64,000 nt of DNA from Hyphochytrium catenoides (lineage: Eukaryota > Protista > Hyphochytriomycota): NCBI GenBank assembly GCA_900088475.1, contig FLMG01000116.1, forward strand, positions 11,302-75,301, written 5' to 3'. Within the stretch, counting starts at the first letter, position 1. Each line of letters starts with the position of its first letter. The notes below the pieces were generated by a model. That model made no database searches, had not been told where the DNA came from, and saw nothing but the letters and a program-made list of their open reading frames with translations. This document shows positions 24,301 through 37,000 of this stretch, in pieces. Position numbers and translations under genes: made by a program.

Positions 24301-27300
24301 TTACATTGGTCCTTCTACCTCCCGTTCAACTCATCAATGCTCTTCCCTTCGTTGTCAGTTACCGATTCTGCTGCCATGAGAGGCATCTGCTCCTGGCGGA
24401 AGGAATAGTGGACGTAGGGAAAACGTTGCAATTGTGTCAAGTTGAGATGGGAACTGTTCTTTCACTTTCCATATCTCTTCCTGGTTATGACTGGAGCGAG
24501 TTTACTCCCATTACCTCTCCTGCACGACTACATGGGTTCCCAGACTCAGTAGGCAAAAGTAGGGATCTCGAAGACCGGAAAGCCTATAAGATTACTCTTA
24601 GAAGGCGCGTAGAGAGCCATTTAGACGGGAGCGTAAGAGAGGATGAGCTGTCTCTCCTTCTCAAGAGAGAAGGAAGGCTTCTTCGTCTAGTTGCCCCGAT
24701 CTGGCTTGTCAATCGAACCTCTCTCCCTGTTGAGTTCAAATCAGGATCGCAGATTACTCCTATGACTCCTTCTAGAAGAGCTTCCAGACGCGTACTCGAG
24801 AGAGAAAGGTCAGACAGGAACCGGAATGGAAGACAAAAATTGTCGGCTGCACTTGTTTCCAAGGGCAGTATGAAGCGCGTTTCTGATCAGGCCCCTTCTA
24901 TTCTCATGGTCGTGGTGGAGCAAGCAGAGTACTTGCCTGATATGGCGCTGGTAGGGCGACAGGACCCCTTTGTTCGAGTTTCTCTCTTCTTACCCGCTTT
25001 CCGTCCCTCCAAAGTTCAATCTGCCCTGGAAAAGGGGATGAGACCCCGAATTCTCTATAAGGCTGAGACCCGTCCCTGTGTCGCAGGGGGTTCTAGGCCT
25101 CGGTGGGGGCCTCAGCATAACTGCAGCCTCCTCATACCTCTCTCTGGAGAGCGCGATGTCGTGAACCAGGGTAAACTTCTGGTGGAGGTTCTCCATCGAA
25201 CAATCGTGGGAGAAGAGCTGCTAGGATGGTTGCAGCTAAGTTTGGCACAGATAGGAAGTTCTACGGGCGACATGGACCAACCCCACTGGTACTCTTTGTC
25301 TCCCTCTCCTGCTCATCAAAATAGGGGAACAACGGCAAGAATTGTCCTTTCTATCCACATCAGCTCTAGTCAGCGGCCTCCGATCAATACGAGTGAGGGG
25401 AAAATAGGGCCAGGAAGTAGCATCTCTCTCTCAGAAAGAGTAGGGGCGGATGGAGGTAGCATGCAAGACGAAGGGAAAGAAGCAGCTATGCCATCCTCCG
25501 CAGAAGCGACAAGACATCGGATCTCCCTATACCTGGCTCATCATATACAGAATCGTCCACCTAGGAACATCCTTATCTCCAGAGGCATCCTCACACCTCT
25601 TTTGTCGCCCACGATAGCTAAGCGGAGCGCTTTCCTTGCCGCCAAACTAGATTTGCGACCAAGCAAGAGGAACCTTGAGGAGAGAGGCATTCTTGTCAGG
25701 AGTCGACCGCTCATCTTCCTCCGCATCTATTTGCCTCATAACCGCTTTCATTATGTCTCTCTGTTTCTACCAGAGGATACCGTTCTTGCCGAGGCAGTTG
25801 AGCGGGCGCTGATGGTCTGTGGCCTGAGTTTCAGTAGGCCCGACCTCTATGTCTGCTTTGAAATCACCACAAAAAGTTGGCCTCTTTCCCGAGACCCCAC
25901 AAAACAAACACAGCTGACAGCCATGGTTGCCCAATTCACCGCTTTGGAACCTGCTGTTCCAGTGTCCGAGGATCATCTTCCGGCCATGCGGTGCGTGGGT
26001 AGGGAGTATGAACTGACGTTGCCTTTAGCAATGTGTAATGTGGAGAACGGGCTGCTGTTAATGCATAAGGCGGGTATTGGGCCTTTGCTTAATCGCTCTT
26101 CATCCACAGCTCTTGCCTTGCCAATGTCATGTCCCCTCATGCTGGAGCAAGATACAGACAGTAGCGAGAACTTTGCAGTGAAGGAGGTAGTCCTCTTCCC
26201 TCTTGGCAATGAGGAAGAAAATAAGGCCAGGCTATCTGTCCGCCTTCCAGATACGCCATGGAGCCGCCCATTTCCTCTACTCTCGGAAGCAGGGGTGCTC
26301 ACTCTCTCGCAGAGACCAATACCAGCAGGTATGGAGGTTGTCCAGCGTACAGAAGAACTGCAGCCAAGCCTCAGAAAGTACCAGTTCGGCGTCCAAACAA
26401 CAGAGGGAGAGGGCATATTCTCAGACTCTCTAATAGTGTCCTTTATGCCCCGCTACCTTCTTCGCAATAACACGTCGCAGGAGATACGTCTACGGCAGTA
26501 TGGATCTCGACTCATTTCCTTCATGAAGCCCGGCCAGGCCCAACCATTCCATTGGGACGACAGGACAAAGGAGGTAAGGAAAGGAGTACGTGATAAGTAA
26601 TTCCTGCAACAGTGGCAAACGTTGAGTCCTTGAGTGCTCAGTCGATCTTGTGAAACTCTTTGGGGGGCATCCGCCACAAATGGCGTTCGTGGCTCAACCT
26701 GCTCTCCTTAAACGATCGACTTGCATGTCCTCGTCCTGACTGACAACTGGTTGCCCAGGAGTCGCTTTCAGTTACTGTAGGCAAGAAAGTCTGGCAGTGG
26801 AGCGGGCACTTTTCCCTTGATGGTGTGGGCAGTATATTCCTCCTTTTGAGACCGGTGCATCCCACGGCCCCTACCTCTGCACCGGGGTCGTTCAGCCTTC
26901 TACTTCAAGTGAGAAGAGAGGTAGCTGGGAGCTGTCTCCTCGTCTCTTTCGAGCTCGGGGATGTACGCTTTCCACCATATCGCATAGATAACAAGACGTC
27001 ATATCATCTCAAGTATAAGCAATCCAGGTGAGCGGGCTTGGGAGCTGCCGATTTAAACTCCGCAGCTGCTCCAATTACTGATGAATGGCGCTACGCCTCC
27101 CATCAAACAGTCTTGTCTCTAGCATCCACAGCCCATCACTACCCCTCGGCTACCGATTAGTTCCGGTTCAGCTCCTTCTTCATACCAAAAAGCATTCTCT
27201 AAGACTCTTAACTCACCTAACCTCCCTCGTTCCCCTTCTGAATCTTTCCGCCGCTGGTATTCACCGTCGCTGAAGCTCTTCTCCGGATGATACTGGACCG

Positions 27301-30300
27301 TGGGATGACTTGGGTCCTAAAAGGTGAGCTACTGTGCCCTACTAAACCATGAGAGATGGAACGACGCAAAGCATAGAAGATCTTTAGCTTACATGACAAG
27401 ACCAGGGGAAGAAGGAACGGGAGACGGGCAACAAAATTAGGTTTAGACTTTGGACCAAATATAGTCAACTATGAAGGAGGGTGATGGCATTACGTAGAAC
27501 CAGTTTATGGCACCATGATCGACGGAGGCCACTTAGTTGACTGTGTTGCCTACGTCTGCCTAGATCAAAGCCATATGCTTGGGAGCATCCCAACAGCGTG
27601 AATCGAAGCCTCTGCATTCGTTTCTTACAGGTGAAGGAGTGCTGTCGACCTCTTAATCGCCCGTTGAATTTTCCTCAATCCGATCTTATCTGGCTCCTCT
27701 TGCTCTTCGAAGCCCCACCTTTACGTTTGACGTGAAAGTAACGTTTTAGGTCTTTCTAAACGTACCAATGAGACCCCCTATGGTGAATGTCCTTCCTATT
27801 CAGCCGAAATCCTCCCCGTAGGTTGCGGATGCGGGTCTGGAGAGCTACCAGTCCTATAATTTTAGCTTAGATGAGGTCGTCGAGCATAAGGTAAGAGAAA
27901 GGCTAAGCTTCACTTCCAGATGACCTAAGAGTTACTTTTCTGTGTTGTGCTCTGTCCCTCCAAGCCATCTCGCCATTTCAAGATACTGCCTGGCCTTGCG
28001 ATGCAGCAAAGAGATCTAAACCAAGTGCTTTCAGCCTCCTCCTGCGAACAGCCGGCTCTCTCTTAGCCACCTTTTCCCTAAACTTCGCTAACTAGCTACT
28101 CACCTTCTAATCGAATCCGCTCATCACCTCCCTCTTTCAGACCTTCAAACTTCAACGAAGTCTTCCCTCATTCAAAAACCTTACAAAAGAGGGCTTTCTT
28201 CTAAAAAAAGACGAGTCGCTCTCCTCCATTTCGCGCTGGCAGCGGCGCTACTTCCGTCTCCAAGGAATAAGCCTATACTACTTTAAGAGCAAGGAGGACT
28301 GGGAGCTGAGGGGAGTGATCGATCTTGTGACGGAGGAAATGGGGGGTAGTTTCATAGCTGTCTACATGTTGCCTCCCTCCCCTAAGAGGAGAGCTCGAAG
28401 CTTCTTCCCTGGCCCCGCGCCCTACTCACTCAAGGGTCGGCTGCAAGGCTTAAGGAATATCGTCGGAGACGAGCGGGTGGGAAACGTAATGGCAGCTCGA
28501 GAGCGCAGCGAAGCGGGAGCCGAGCCTAAAGCCTCCTTAAATTACCTACATGGCTTGCAACATGCGGCCGAAATTCTTCGCAGCTCTTATTTGGAGGTCC
28601 TCCGCGAACGAAACGCGGAGATGTCTACCAGGAGGGTGAGGGAAGGAGATAAAGAGAAGACGGTGGAAGGACAGGTCTCCCCGCATGTGGTAATGGAAGG
28701 TTCAGAGATCGTCCGTCTTCTCCTTGCTAAAAGGATTGCACCAGCGAGATCCTATGCGATAGACATGGCCAGAGATCTTCTGGAGTGTGGCCTACTGGAA
28801 GAAAGAGGCGGAAAAGCAAAGGATAGAGATCTGACGGTGGAGGAGGAGGACAACAACTTTAGAGAAGGCGGGGCCTACGAAGTGCTTCCGAGCATTGTGG
28901 CGCAGGATCTGCCTACTTTCTCCAGTCATTCAAGGGCTAAGGGATTGTCAAATCGCTTCTGTATAGTGACATCAATCAAGACTTCCTATTTTACATGTCG
29001 TGACTACGAGGAGGCTCTTAGTTGGGTACAGGCCATCCAGAGAGCCTCCCATGCAGAAGCCCAAGAGGTACACTTCTTACCTTGAATAGCACTAACGCTA
29101 TCTCTGGCTCAGGAGAGGAATTCCTTCTTTATTTCTCCGACTCCCTAATGTACTCTGCCTGGTTCTACTGCGCTGGCCATCGTGAGAATACTTTCAAAAG
29201 TCTCACTGGGCCTTGTTCCTCGTTCTACCGTTAGAATGTGAATACGTCCAAGTCGATCGTTGGGGATACGCTTCACGACCGAGTCCGCACCAAGTCCTTC
29301 ATTCGGGCGAGAATCAGAGCTGATGGACCCACCAAGGTTCTCGAGCTCAATGAGGTCGGACTAGACGATGCTGCTGAACAAGAGTCTGTGGACGGCAGAG
29401 GAGAAGCAGATGAGCATGAAGAAGCCACGATAGGCTCAGAAACAGCTACGTCACGATCAGTGGGAGGTTCTCCTTTCTTCTTCCCTCGAGGGACTATTCA
29501 CATACTCTTGCAGCTCGACTCCTTTGGAATATCCATTGTTGACCAAAGGCCCGAGGAGCTTCTTTATATGAGCCTTCATAACATTCGAGCGCTGGCCTCC
29601 GTTTCAGCAGCGAGGGCAAGTGTCACTCTGTCAGTGAACAAATTGCAGATCGACAATCAGTCGAGAAGCGCAATATACCCAGTAATCCTCTACGTGGATA
29701 GTGAGCCACAGAGGAGGAGAAGAAGTGGCCTAAAAGGAGAAGACGGAGATCGGGCGGCTGGGACTTTCGGGTTCTCCTGTGCTGACTGTGAGATGTGGAG
29801 CGAGCAAGAAACGTCTTTTCACCTCTGCTTCTCGTTGCTGCGTGGAAGGAAGGATCTATTATACTTTGAGCACTTGTCTTCCTGGTTGGCTCCTCTGCAG
29901 TTGTGCTTGGAGGAAGACGCTATGGCGACTTTGCAGCAATTCTTCGCCTCGGTAGGCAACCACTCCGGTCTATACTCCCATCTTCCCGTCATCCGTGCAA
30001 TTAGCATTCTCTTGCCTCTTCAAATCTATGTTAAACCAATAACTATTTTCCTGCACGTTGTGCTGCTTGCACACCTGTGTTCGACTTCTTTGTCGCCATA
30101 GGATTCATGTTGCTACACGATATCTTTGTAACGTAAGGTCTACAATGTCTAGAGGACTCTTGCTCAGTAGACTCTCCACATGTTATATCGTCAATCATTC
30201 TCTAGGGGAATTATTCCAGAGCTTCGAAGTCCCTTACAAGTGACCACCCAGAGTGTGATGACGAGCCCGGAAGAGGACAAGGCCTGCGACGAGGAACGTT

Positions 30301-32961
30301 AAGCAATGAAAGAAGGTCAAGGGCAGCATCACTGGATGCGGACATATTGAAGGATTATCTAGCGACGATGCAAGAAAATGTCTTCCTTGGCATAGACAAC
30401 CGTTTTCGATCAATTGGTCCATATCAAGCAGAGACGTGGACATCATACTTCTCCTTCCTCCATCTTCACCCCGTGTCCCTCTCACTAACGTACAGAAGCA
30501 GCAGAGGGAGTTATCTTATGGGCCGGGAGGGCGTTGGGGATGAGCTCATTGAGAGGAGGCGAAGGCTAGGCGGAAGAATGTTTCGCCTGCCTGCCCTTGA
30601 TGACGCTTCCATACAGTTTGGTACTTTAGTGCTAGAGCATGGCTTTGGGACGTTGCAGGACACGCTCCAAAGCGTCTGCCGCCACTATACTGGTCAAGCG
30701 CTGCGGCAAGTTCATAAGGTCATCGGATCAATGGACTTTTTAGGCAATCCTGTCAACTTCTTCGGGCATATGGGCGCTGGAGTAAGTACATGTACTGGCT
30801 CTCCTCTGCTTCAGCCACTGGCAGTCTTGACTTTAAGTTCTATCGTCTTCAAACCTTCGACTGCGTACATTGTGGCATCATAGACCCGCCGCCGTACCGT
30901 CAGTCCCCCAGCACCTCTCTTCCATGACAGGGTGTTTCATTCTCCTCATGGGTCAAGGCCCTTTGATTGTTATAAGCGCTTCTCTATTGTCAACCTAATA
31001 GGACCACTCTTCCGTCAGGCTTCACCTAACTCGATGACTCTCTGCAATCTATATTGTTATAGGTACGCGATTTTATTCAGGAGCCTCTTGATGGCCTCAA
31101 AAGTGGCGGAATAGGATTCGGGCAGGGGTTAGCTAAAGGCACTGCGAGCCTAGTTCAGAATACGGTGGATGGCACATTGGATGCTGCCTCCAAGATCTAT
31201 GGCAGTTTAGGCCAGGGGTTAGCCTCTCTTCTCGATGATCACTACCAAGCGAGGAGACAGCAAGAAAGAATGGAGCCAGTTGGCAGTCTGGGAGAAGGGC
31301 TTAAACAAGGCGCAAAGGAACTACGTCTTGGGCTAGTAGAAGGATTCTCGGGCATGTTTCTTGCGCCTATCAGGGGAAGTCAGGAGGGTGCGATGGGGCT
31401 GATGAGAGGAGCAGTGCAGGGAGTGCTTGGAGTGGCCCTCAAACCGACCGCAGGCGTCTTTGACTTCGCCTCTCGCGCCTCTCAGGGCCTCAAGTATCGG
31501 CCACAATTACAATTGCAGGGCCATCTAGGAAAAGAAAGGGTTCGTCCCCCTAGGGTCTTCGGGCGCCATGGACAGCTTAAGGAGTTTCGCGAGGAAGATA
31601 CCGTGGCTTTTGCTCTTCTACGGGAGGTCCTCGGTGGAAGGTTTAGTCGCTCCTACATCGTGTTCCATTCGCAAATTGTCCAAACGCTACCGATGGTGGA
31701 AGTCGCTGCTCGGGAAAGGAGGGCTGCAAAGGAACGGGATCAGGGCGGATACCAAGGAGGAGATCTTTATCAAGTTACCTTTCATCCTGGCCCTATCGGT
31801 CTTCAGTTGGAGACCGACTTCTACCAGCAACACATTGTAGTAAAAGGCTTTAATCGCAGTAAGGACGGCTCTTATGGTCAGGCTGAGCTCTCTACTCTTA
31901 TAGAGACTGGGAACATTCTACTCAGTGTTGGAGGTATTGCGGTTCAAGACATGCGATTTTCTTCCGTGATGTCGCTGATCAAAGGGGCTGCAAGGCCAGT
32001 AACCCTGACATTTGAGAAGCCAACTCGGCCAGGTCGAAGAAAGGGAAGAGCACGCACGGTCTTTTCGTTAGGAGCCGTGGAGAGCGGTCAAGTCCAGTCC
32101 GGGGGGGAAGAGCCATGTTCTGCCAGGAACCCAACACTGGAACCTTCAGCACTAGTTCATTTGACCCACTGGCTGATTGTCACTGATACCCATGCTCTGC
32201 TCATCAACATTAGTGACGTTAGCCAGGTCTGTGTTGACTGGATAACACCCTTACAGAATGTCATTGATGTCTCGTGCGATCAAGAGGTTGAAGCGTTGGA
32301 TGTGAGGGTACGTGTACCGTTAACTGCGGGATCCAGTGGACCAATGGTTCGGCCCTCGTCTGAAGCTATGGCTATTAGAGACAGGAATCTGCATCTTTTC
32401 CAGGTCGCTATGTGGCAGGCCTTCCAGTCGAAAGCAGCCGCTGCGCAAGAGTTCTACCCGTCTGAGGCGATCATTCAAGGGCCGCTGCGGAAGAAGACTG
32501 GGCTACGGCTGTTGAAACGCTGGTTCGTGGTTAGTAAAGGCTGTCTGTACTACTTCACCGATCCTGACCAGAAGAACTTAAGAGGTATAGTTCCACTAGC
32601 ATACCTAGAAGTGACTCCAGACCGAGTGAGCACAGAGGGCTTCTCTCTACATCCGCGGGGTGATTATCCGCTCAAGGTGGTCCATATAGAGGATAGAGAG
32701 GCAGTTGTGCAAACCTTCAAGGGCATTAAGCTTTATGCCGACGACAGCGACCAGCGAGATCGATGGGTAAGCGTTCTGCGGTCAGTCTCTCTTATGCACG
32801 AGGCTTCGGGCCAAGAGGGAGGCAGTACGGACAGTAGTAGCCAAAGCTCCACCCTTCTACGCGTTGGAGTAAGAGGCGTGCCATCATCACAAGTTGAGTC
32901 TCTGATCCTGAACTTCAAGCAGTGTCTGACCTCATGTGAGCTAGCACGCTCTCTCATCTGA
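15351..32961 (+). CDS. VPS13: VPS13-family bridge-like lipid transfer protein, ~4,600-4,700 aa, multi-exon, with inserted C2, 2xRPEL, ubiquitin-like, split PH/DEP, PDZ and PH modules
   Basis: Chorein-N start MVFEAALVAALRRFLG..DIDLQQLQLSLWTG-DLALENVVLK...GSIGHLRLEIPW; FNSRNNGWEPLLE; VAB repeats (IENSTG, ISNQT, LINALP, WLVNRTSLP, PRYLLRNNT, WSGHF, PPYRIDNKT); GPTKVL, GISIVD..PEELLY, LQIDNQ; GSMDFLGNPV; ATG2_C-like Gly-rich helices (KPTAGVFD); RVRPPR. Confidence 0.93.
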
Positions 32962-33395
32962 ACTATGGAGATTGCCGTCTTCATGTTCATAAAGTATGCA
33001 GCCAGATGTGTGGAGGAATAAGAGCTGCACACGGCAACAAGTGAGACTATTTATGAATGATCAACAGGCAGGTGTCCTTCTATGTCTCTACGGCTCCATA
33101 TGCCCAGTCTTATCATACACATTCTCCTTCGATATTCGAGACTTGATAGGTCCATAGGGTTAGGCAACTAGCAGTATCGCTCGCTCACTCTCCACTTCTT
33201 ATTAGCTGGAAACATGCACCCCAGTCCGATGACCCACTTGCTGAGCTCCACCACGAACAGTCTAGTACTCGTATAAAGTAGACAGACCCGCAGATTGCCA
33301 GACTTCACAAGTCATAGCTAATAACAGGCGCGTGGGCCTAATAAAGTTGTGCAGACAAGCTTCTCGGTGTTTCACAATCTCGACTACTGCGTTAC

Positions 33396-33406
33396 AAAAG
33401 TAAAAA
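33396..33406 (-). terminator. RNA polymerase III oligo(T) terminator of tRNA-Glu
   Basis: TTTTT followed by TTTT on the minus strand, a few nt after the discriminator base. Confidence 0.75.
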
Positions 33407-33410
33407 GTTT

Positions 33411-33483
33411 TTCCCAGTCCGGGACTCGAACCCGGGTCTCACGGGTGAGAGCCGTGTATCCTAACCACCTAGACTAACTGGGA
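33411..33483 (-). tRNA. tRNA-Glu, anticodon CTC
   Basis: Minus strand TCCCAGTTAGTCTAGGTGGTTAGGATACACGG-CTCTCAC-CCGTGAGACCCGGGTTCGAGTCCCGGACTGGGAA. Acceptor stem TCCCAGT/ACTGGGA, anticodon stem CACGG/CCGTG, T-loop GTTCGAG, no intron. Confidence 0.97.
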
Positions 33484-34007
33484 TAACAGCTGGAGAGAAG
33501 ATAGTTCTAGGGCAATATCTATGTAGGGCCTTTCTAAAGTAACGCTGTCAATGGAGACATCAGCATATCTCTCAACAGACGTAATCACTCAGCTCATCAC
33601 CTGTTCCCATTCATAGTCTGTAGTTCGTACATTCTGCTGTCATAGTCATAGCGATGGTGTCTGCCCTGGGATCAGAACAATAGTCAGGGGACGTTCATGT
33701 CCAATTATGTAGGGTGAACAAGGCGCTAGCTGGGCGTGGGCGCATCACATCGCCCTGGAAGGTAGATTTACGTCAATCCCACTCCGGCACTGGCAGTGTA
33801 TTAGCAACATGAAGTTGTTACTCTAGTTTACGCATACAGATTAGACTTGTAAACTGACAGAGCATAATAAGAGATAAATGAACTGGTCCATGTGGCCCTC
33901 TCGCATTGGGCATCTAATCGCGTCGACGGCATATTCTTTCTTTGTAGAGAGAGGCACATAGGGCAGGAATACTTCGGAGTAGGCAGGGTGAAGTACAAGG
34001 CTTATGT

Positions 34008-37000
34008 CTACTCTTTCATCCGGCTGCGGAGAGAGTCCTTCAGCTTCTTGAGTTTCCGATTGAGCACAGCCTCCATCTCATTCGCATCCTTATCGGAAAA
34101 AGCATCCAAATACAGTCAGTCGTCGTCAATGCATTTTAATCAGAACCCTCTAGTCGGAGGGAGAGATTGGAGTACAAGAAATGGAGGCTGCCAACCAATA
34201 GCAGTGTTATGACTCATCTACCAAAGCAAGGCCAAGCAGGAAGTGCGGGGGACGTTGAGCAGAACTCAAGCATGACCTGGGGTCTAGGAGAGAACTCGGC
34301 TAGACTACTTCCCCAACAGCGTTAATAATGACTGAGAAGAGAGGCTCACCTGGTAGACAATGGAGTCGGGTCTGTTATATAACCTTGCGTTGTTGAAGAG
34401 CTTTCTCATGTCTTCTTCAAAGTCCTGCACTGTGCTGTACGCGTGGTCCTTCAACTGCCTATGGATAGTGCGAAGATCGATAGGGTCCTTGATAATCTAG
34501 GGAGTCAATGTTAAGAAAGAAAAGGTGAGTGACAAGGACAGAACAGAACGGCGGTAGTAAAGACAAAGACGAGAAGATGAGCGGGCATGAGCAAGGGCAT
34601 AAATGGTGACTGAAAGGCTCATATAACTAGAAAAGGCCCATAGAGCTACAGAAAGACTCTCCAATAGAGTTACAAAAGGGCCTATAGCGCTAAAGAGGCC
34701 CATAGAGCTAACCAAGAGCCCATAGAGCGGCAATGAAGGTTGGAGTTCCTTAAGGGAAGGTTAAGAAGGGTAGGGTTAAGCTGACCTTATAGTAGTCCTG
34801 GTACTCTGTACGAGAGGGCTTGTCTAGATAGAGCTGGCAGCGAAGGCGACCATGCTCGTCTTTTAATTCGCGAACTGCCTTGTAACACTTAAGAGACGTC
34901 TGTCAGTTATACTTAACAAGCGAAATGTTGAACACATCAAAGCCGACACCAAGTAGCAGGAGCAACCCGGAGCAACATGACGAATAGAGACAGGATAGGA
35001 CCTAAGAAAATTCGCGTACCTTTGATAACTTCTTAGAGAGATGCTTCCTGCTTAAACCTGCCTCTCCTCCCTCCAACTGTGGCACGAAACACTAAGAATC
35101 AAGGCCCGCTCTATGATCTATACAAAATCTCTTGATACCTTGGGATGCTTTGAGCCTCCCGATCCGCTTTCTTCGTCACTCCTGGGCCTTTTCTTCCCCG
35201 TCTCTTTTCCTCCTGCTTCAAACTCCGAGATATCCATTCCAGCTTCAACCATTCGGGTAAATTGCCTGTCTGTCAGGCCATCATTGTACACGACTTCCTT
35301 TCTCTTCCTAGATCCACGGCCTGCTTCTTCGAGAAGCTATTGAAGTAGAATAACGAAGTAGAATAGAGGAATAAGTGGAATAGAGGAGGAGGAATAAGTC
35401 CATCAGATGCGCTGTGTTTGCCTTAAGAGATCCTTAGTAAACAACAGGATGGAGGAACCGGACATAGGTCAACCAAAGTAACAAGGCGACTAAACATATA
35501 CCTCTTTATTCCGGCATGTGCGAGACTCACCTCTTTTTGTTTCAGATCGGCAGCCATATCCGCCTGCTCCTTACTCTTGATGAGCCAATCGGGCAAGTCG
35601 TGCTCCTGCATTAGACGGCTCGGCCGTTTCCCTGTCAAGCCGAAGATCTTTCTGCGTTCGTTCCATTCACGCTGCAAGAAGCAAATCGGTGGGTAAGCAG
35701 CGAAAGAGAATGAGCAGATGGGAAAGGGAGACTTTTAGGGAAAGGGTAATCCAATAACTCATTGCACCTGCAAGGGGGGTAGTAAGTGGAGAGGAGCCAA
35801 GCGCGAGAAGAGGGACAGCTCCACAGGGCTTACGAGCTAACTTCGTACACTTAGGACTCTTACCTCTTCTCGTGCCTCTCTTTCCTGATCTAGTCGTTGG
35901 TACAGTTCATATTCCTCATCGGTTACAGCCATCATCGTGTTTATCTGGTCATCATCAACAATTCCCTCATTGTCCTCTGCTCCTTCCTCTGCTTCTACCT
36001 TGAGTAGAGATTCGAGCATTGCTCTCCTCTCCGCGTCCTTACTCTTGGCGTTGAACTTGCCAGCCTCAACAACGAGCGAGTTGATGTTGAGTTTGTCAGT
36101 GGCTCGGGCAAGGATTTTTTCCTCGATTGGTGAGTTTGTGACCAGACGGAAGACCCTGAGAGTAGAGAGAGAGAGAAGATCGGTGAGGCTAAAGTCTTGA
36201 AACAAACACCCTGACAGGGCCCGTAACCGAGGGGTGGCGCAAATGTACTAAGAGAGCAATAGCGCATTTATCTCTGAGTGGCCTCTGTGCGCGCTTTTGA
36301 AGCATGGTCAGAGTACTCACCTCACTTCATTCTTCTGGCCTATTCTATGAGCTCTATCTTGAGCTTGAGCGTCCATCATGGGATTCCAATCGCTATCGAA
36401 GATAATGACAGTATCTGCTGTGGCGAGATTCAAGCCGAGACCACCTGCTCTTGTTGAGAGGAGGAAGATGAAGTAAGGCGAGTCTGGGGCATTGAACTGA
36501 AACATTCGCTGCTCTCTCTCATCGGCAGTAGTCGAACCGTCCAGGCGAAGATATCTGAAACCTCTCATGGCAAAGTAATCCTCCAGAATGTTCATCAGCT
36601 GGGTCATTTGACTGAACATCAATACTCTGTGTCCGGCTGCTTTGAGCTTGGGCAACATGCGATCCAGCAGCTCGAACTTCCCCGCACAACGCACCATCGC
36701 TTCATCCACCGGCCATGAATCTTCCATGAAGAGATAAGGATGGTTGCAAATCTTCCTAAGCTGCATGATGATGTTAGAGAGGCCGCGACTGCCTGTCTTT
36801 CCAAGTGAAGACGAAGGATCCACTAAGAGGGCGCCTTTCTCCTGAATCTGCCTATACATGATCTTCTGCCATGCAGATAACTCACATCGGAGAACCTTCT
36901 CCACCTTACTCGGCAATTGGTCGATGACAGCAGATTTTACTCTACGCAAAAGGAAAGGCCGTAACAGTCGATGCAGTCTGTTGATGATAAGCAGCTTCTC

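Noticed and set aside
34631-34730. Spaced repeats as a possible CRISPR-like array
   Set aside because: Degenerate head-to-tail units without unique spacers, in a eukaryotic intron, with no cas genes.
34750-34780. Telomere-like gggtagggttaag, and similar words at 16261 and 35735
   Set aside because: One or two imperfect units in introns; compatible with chance.
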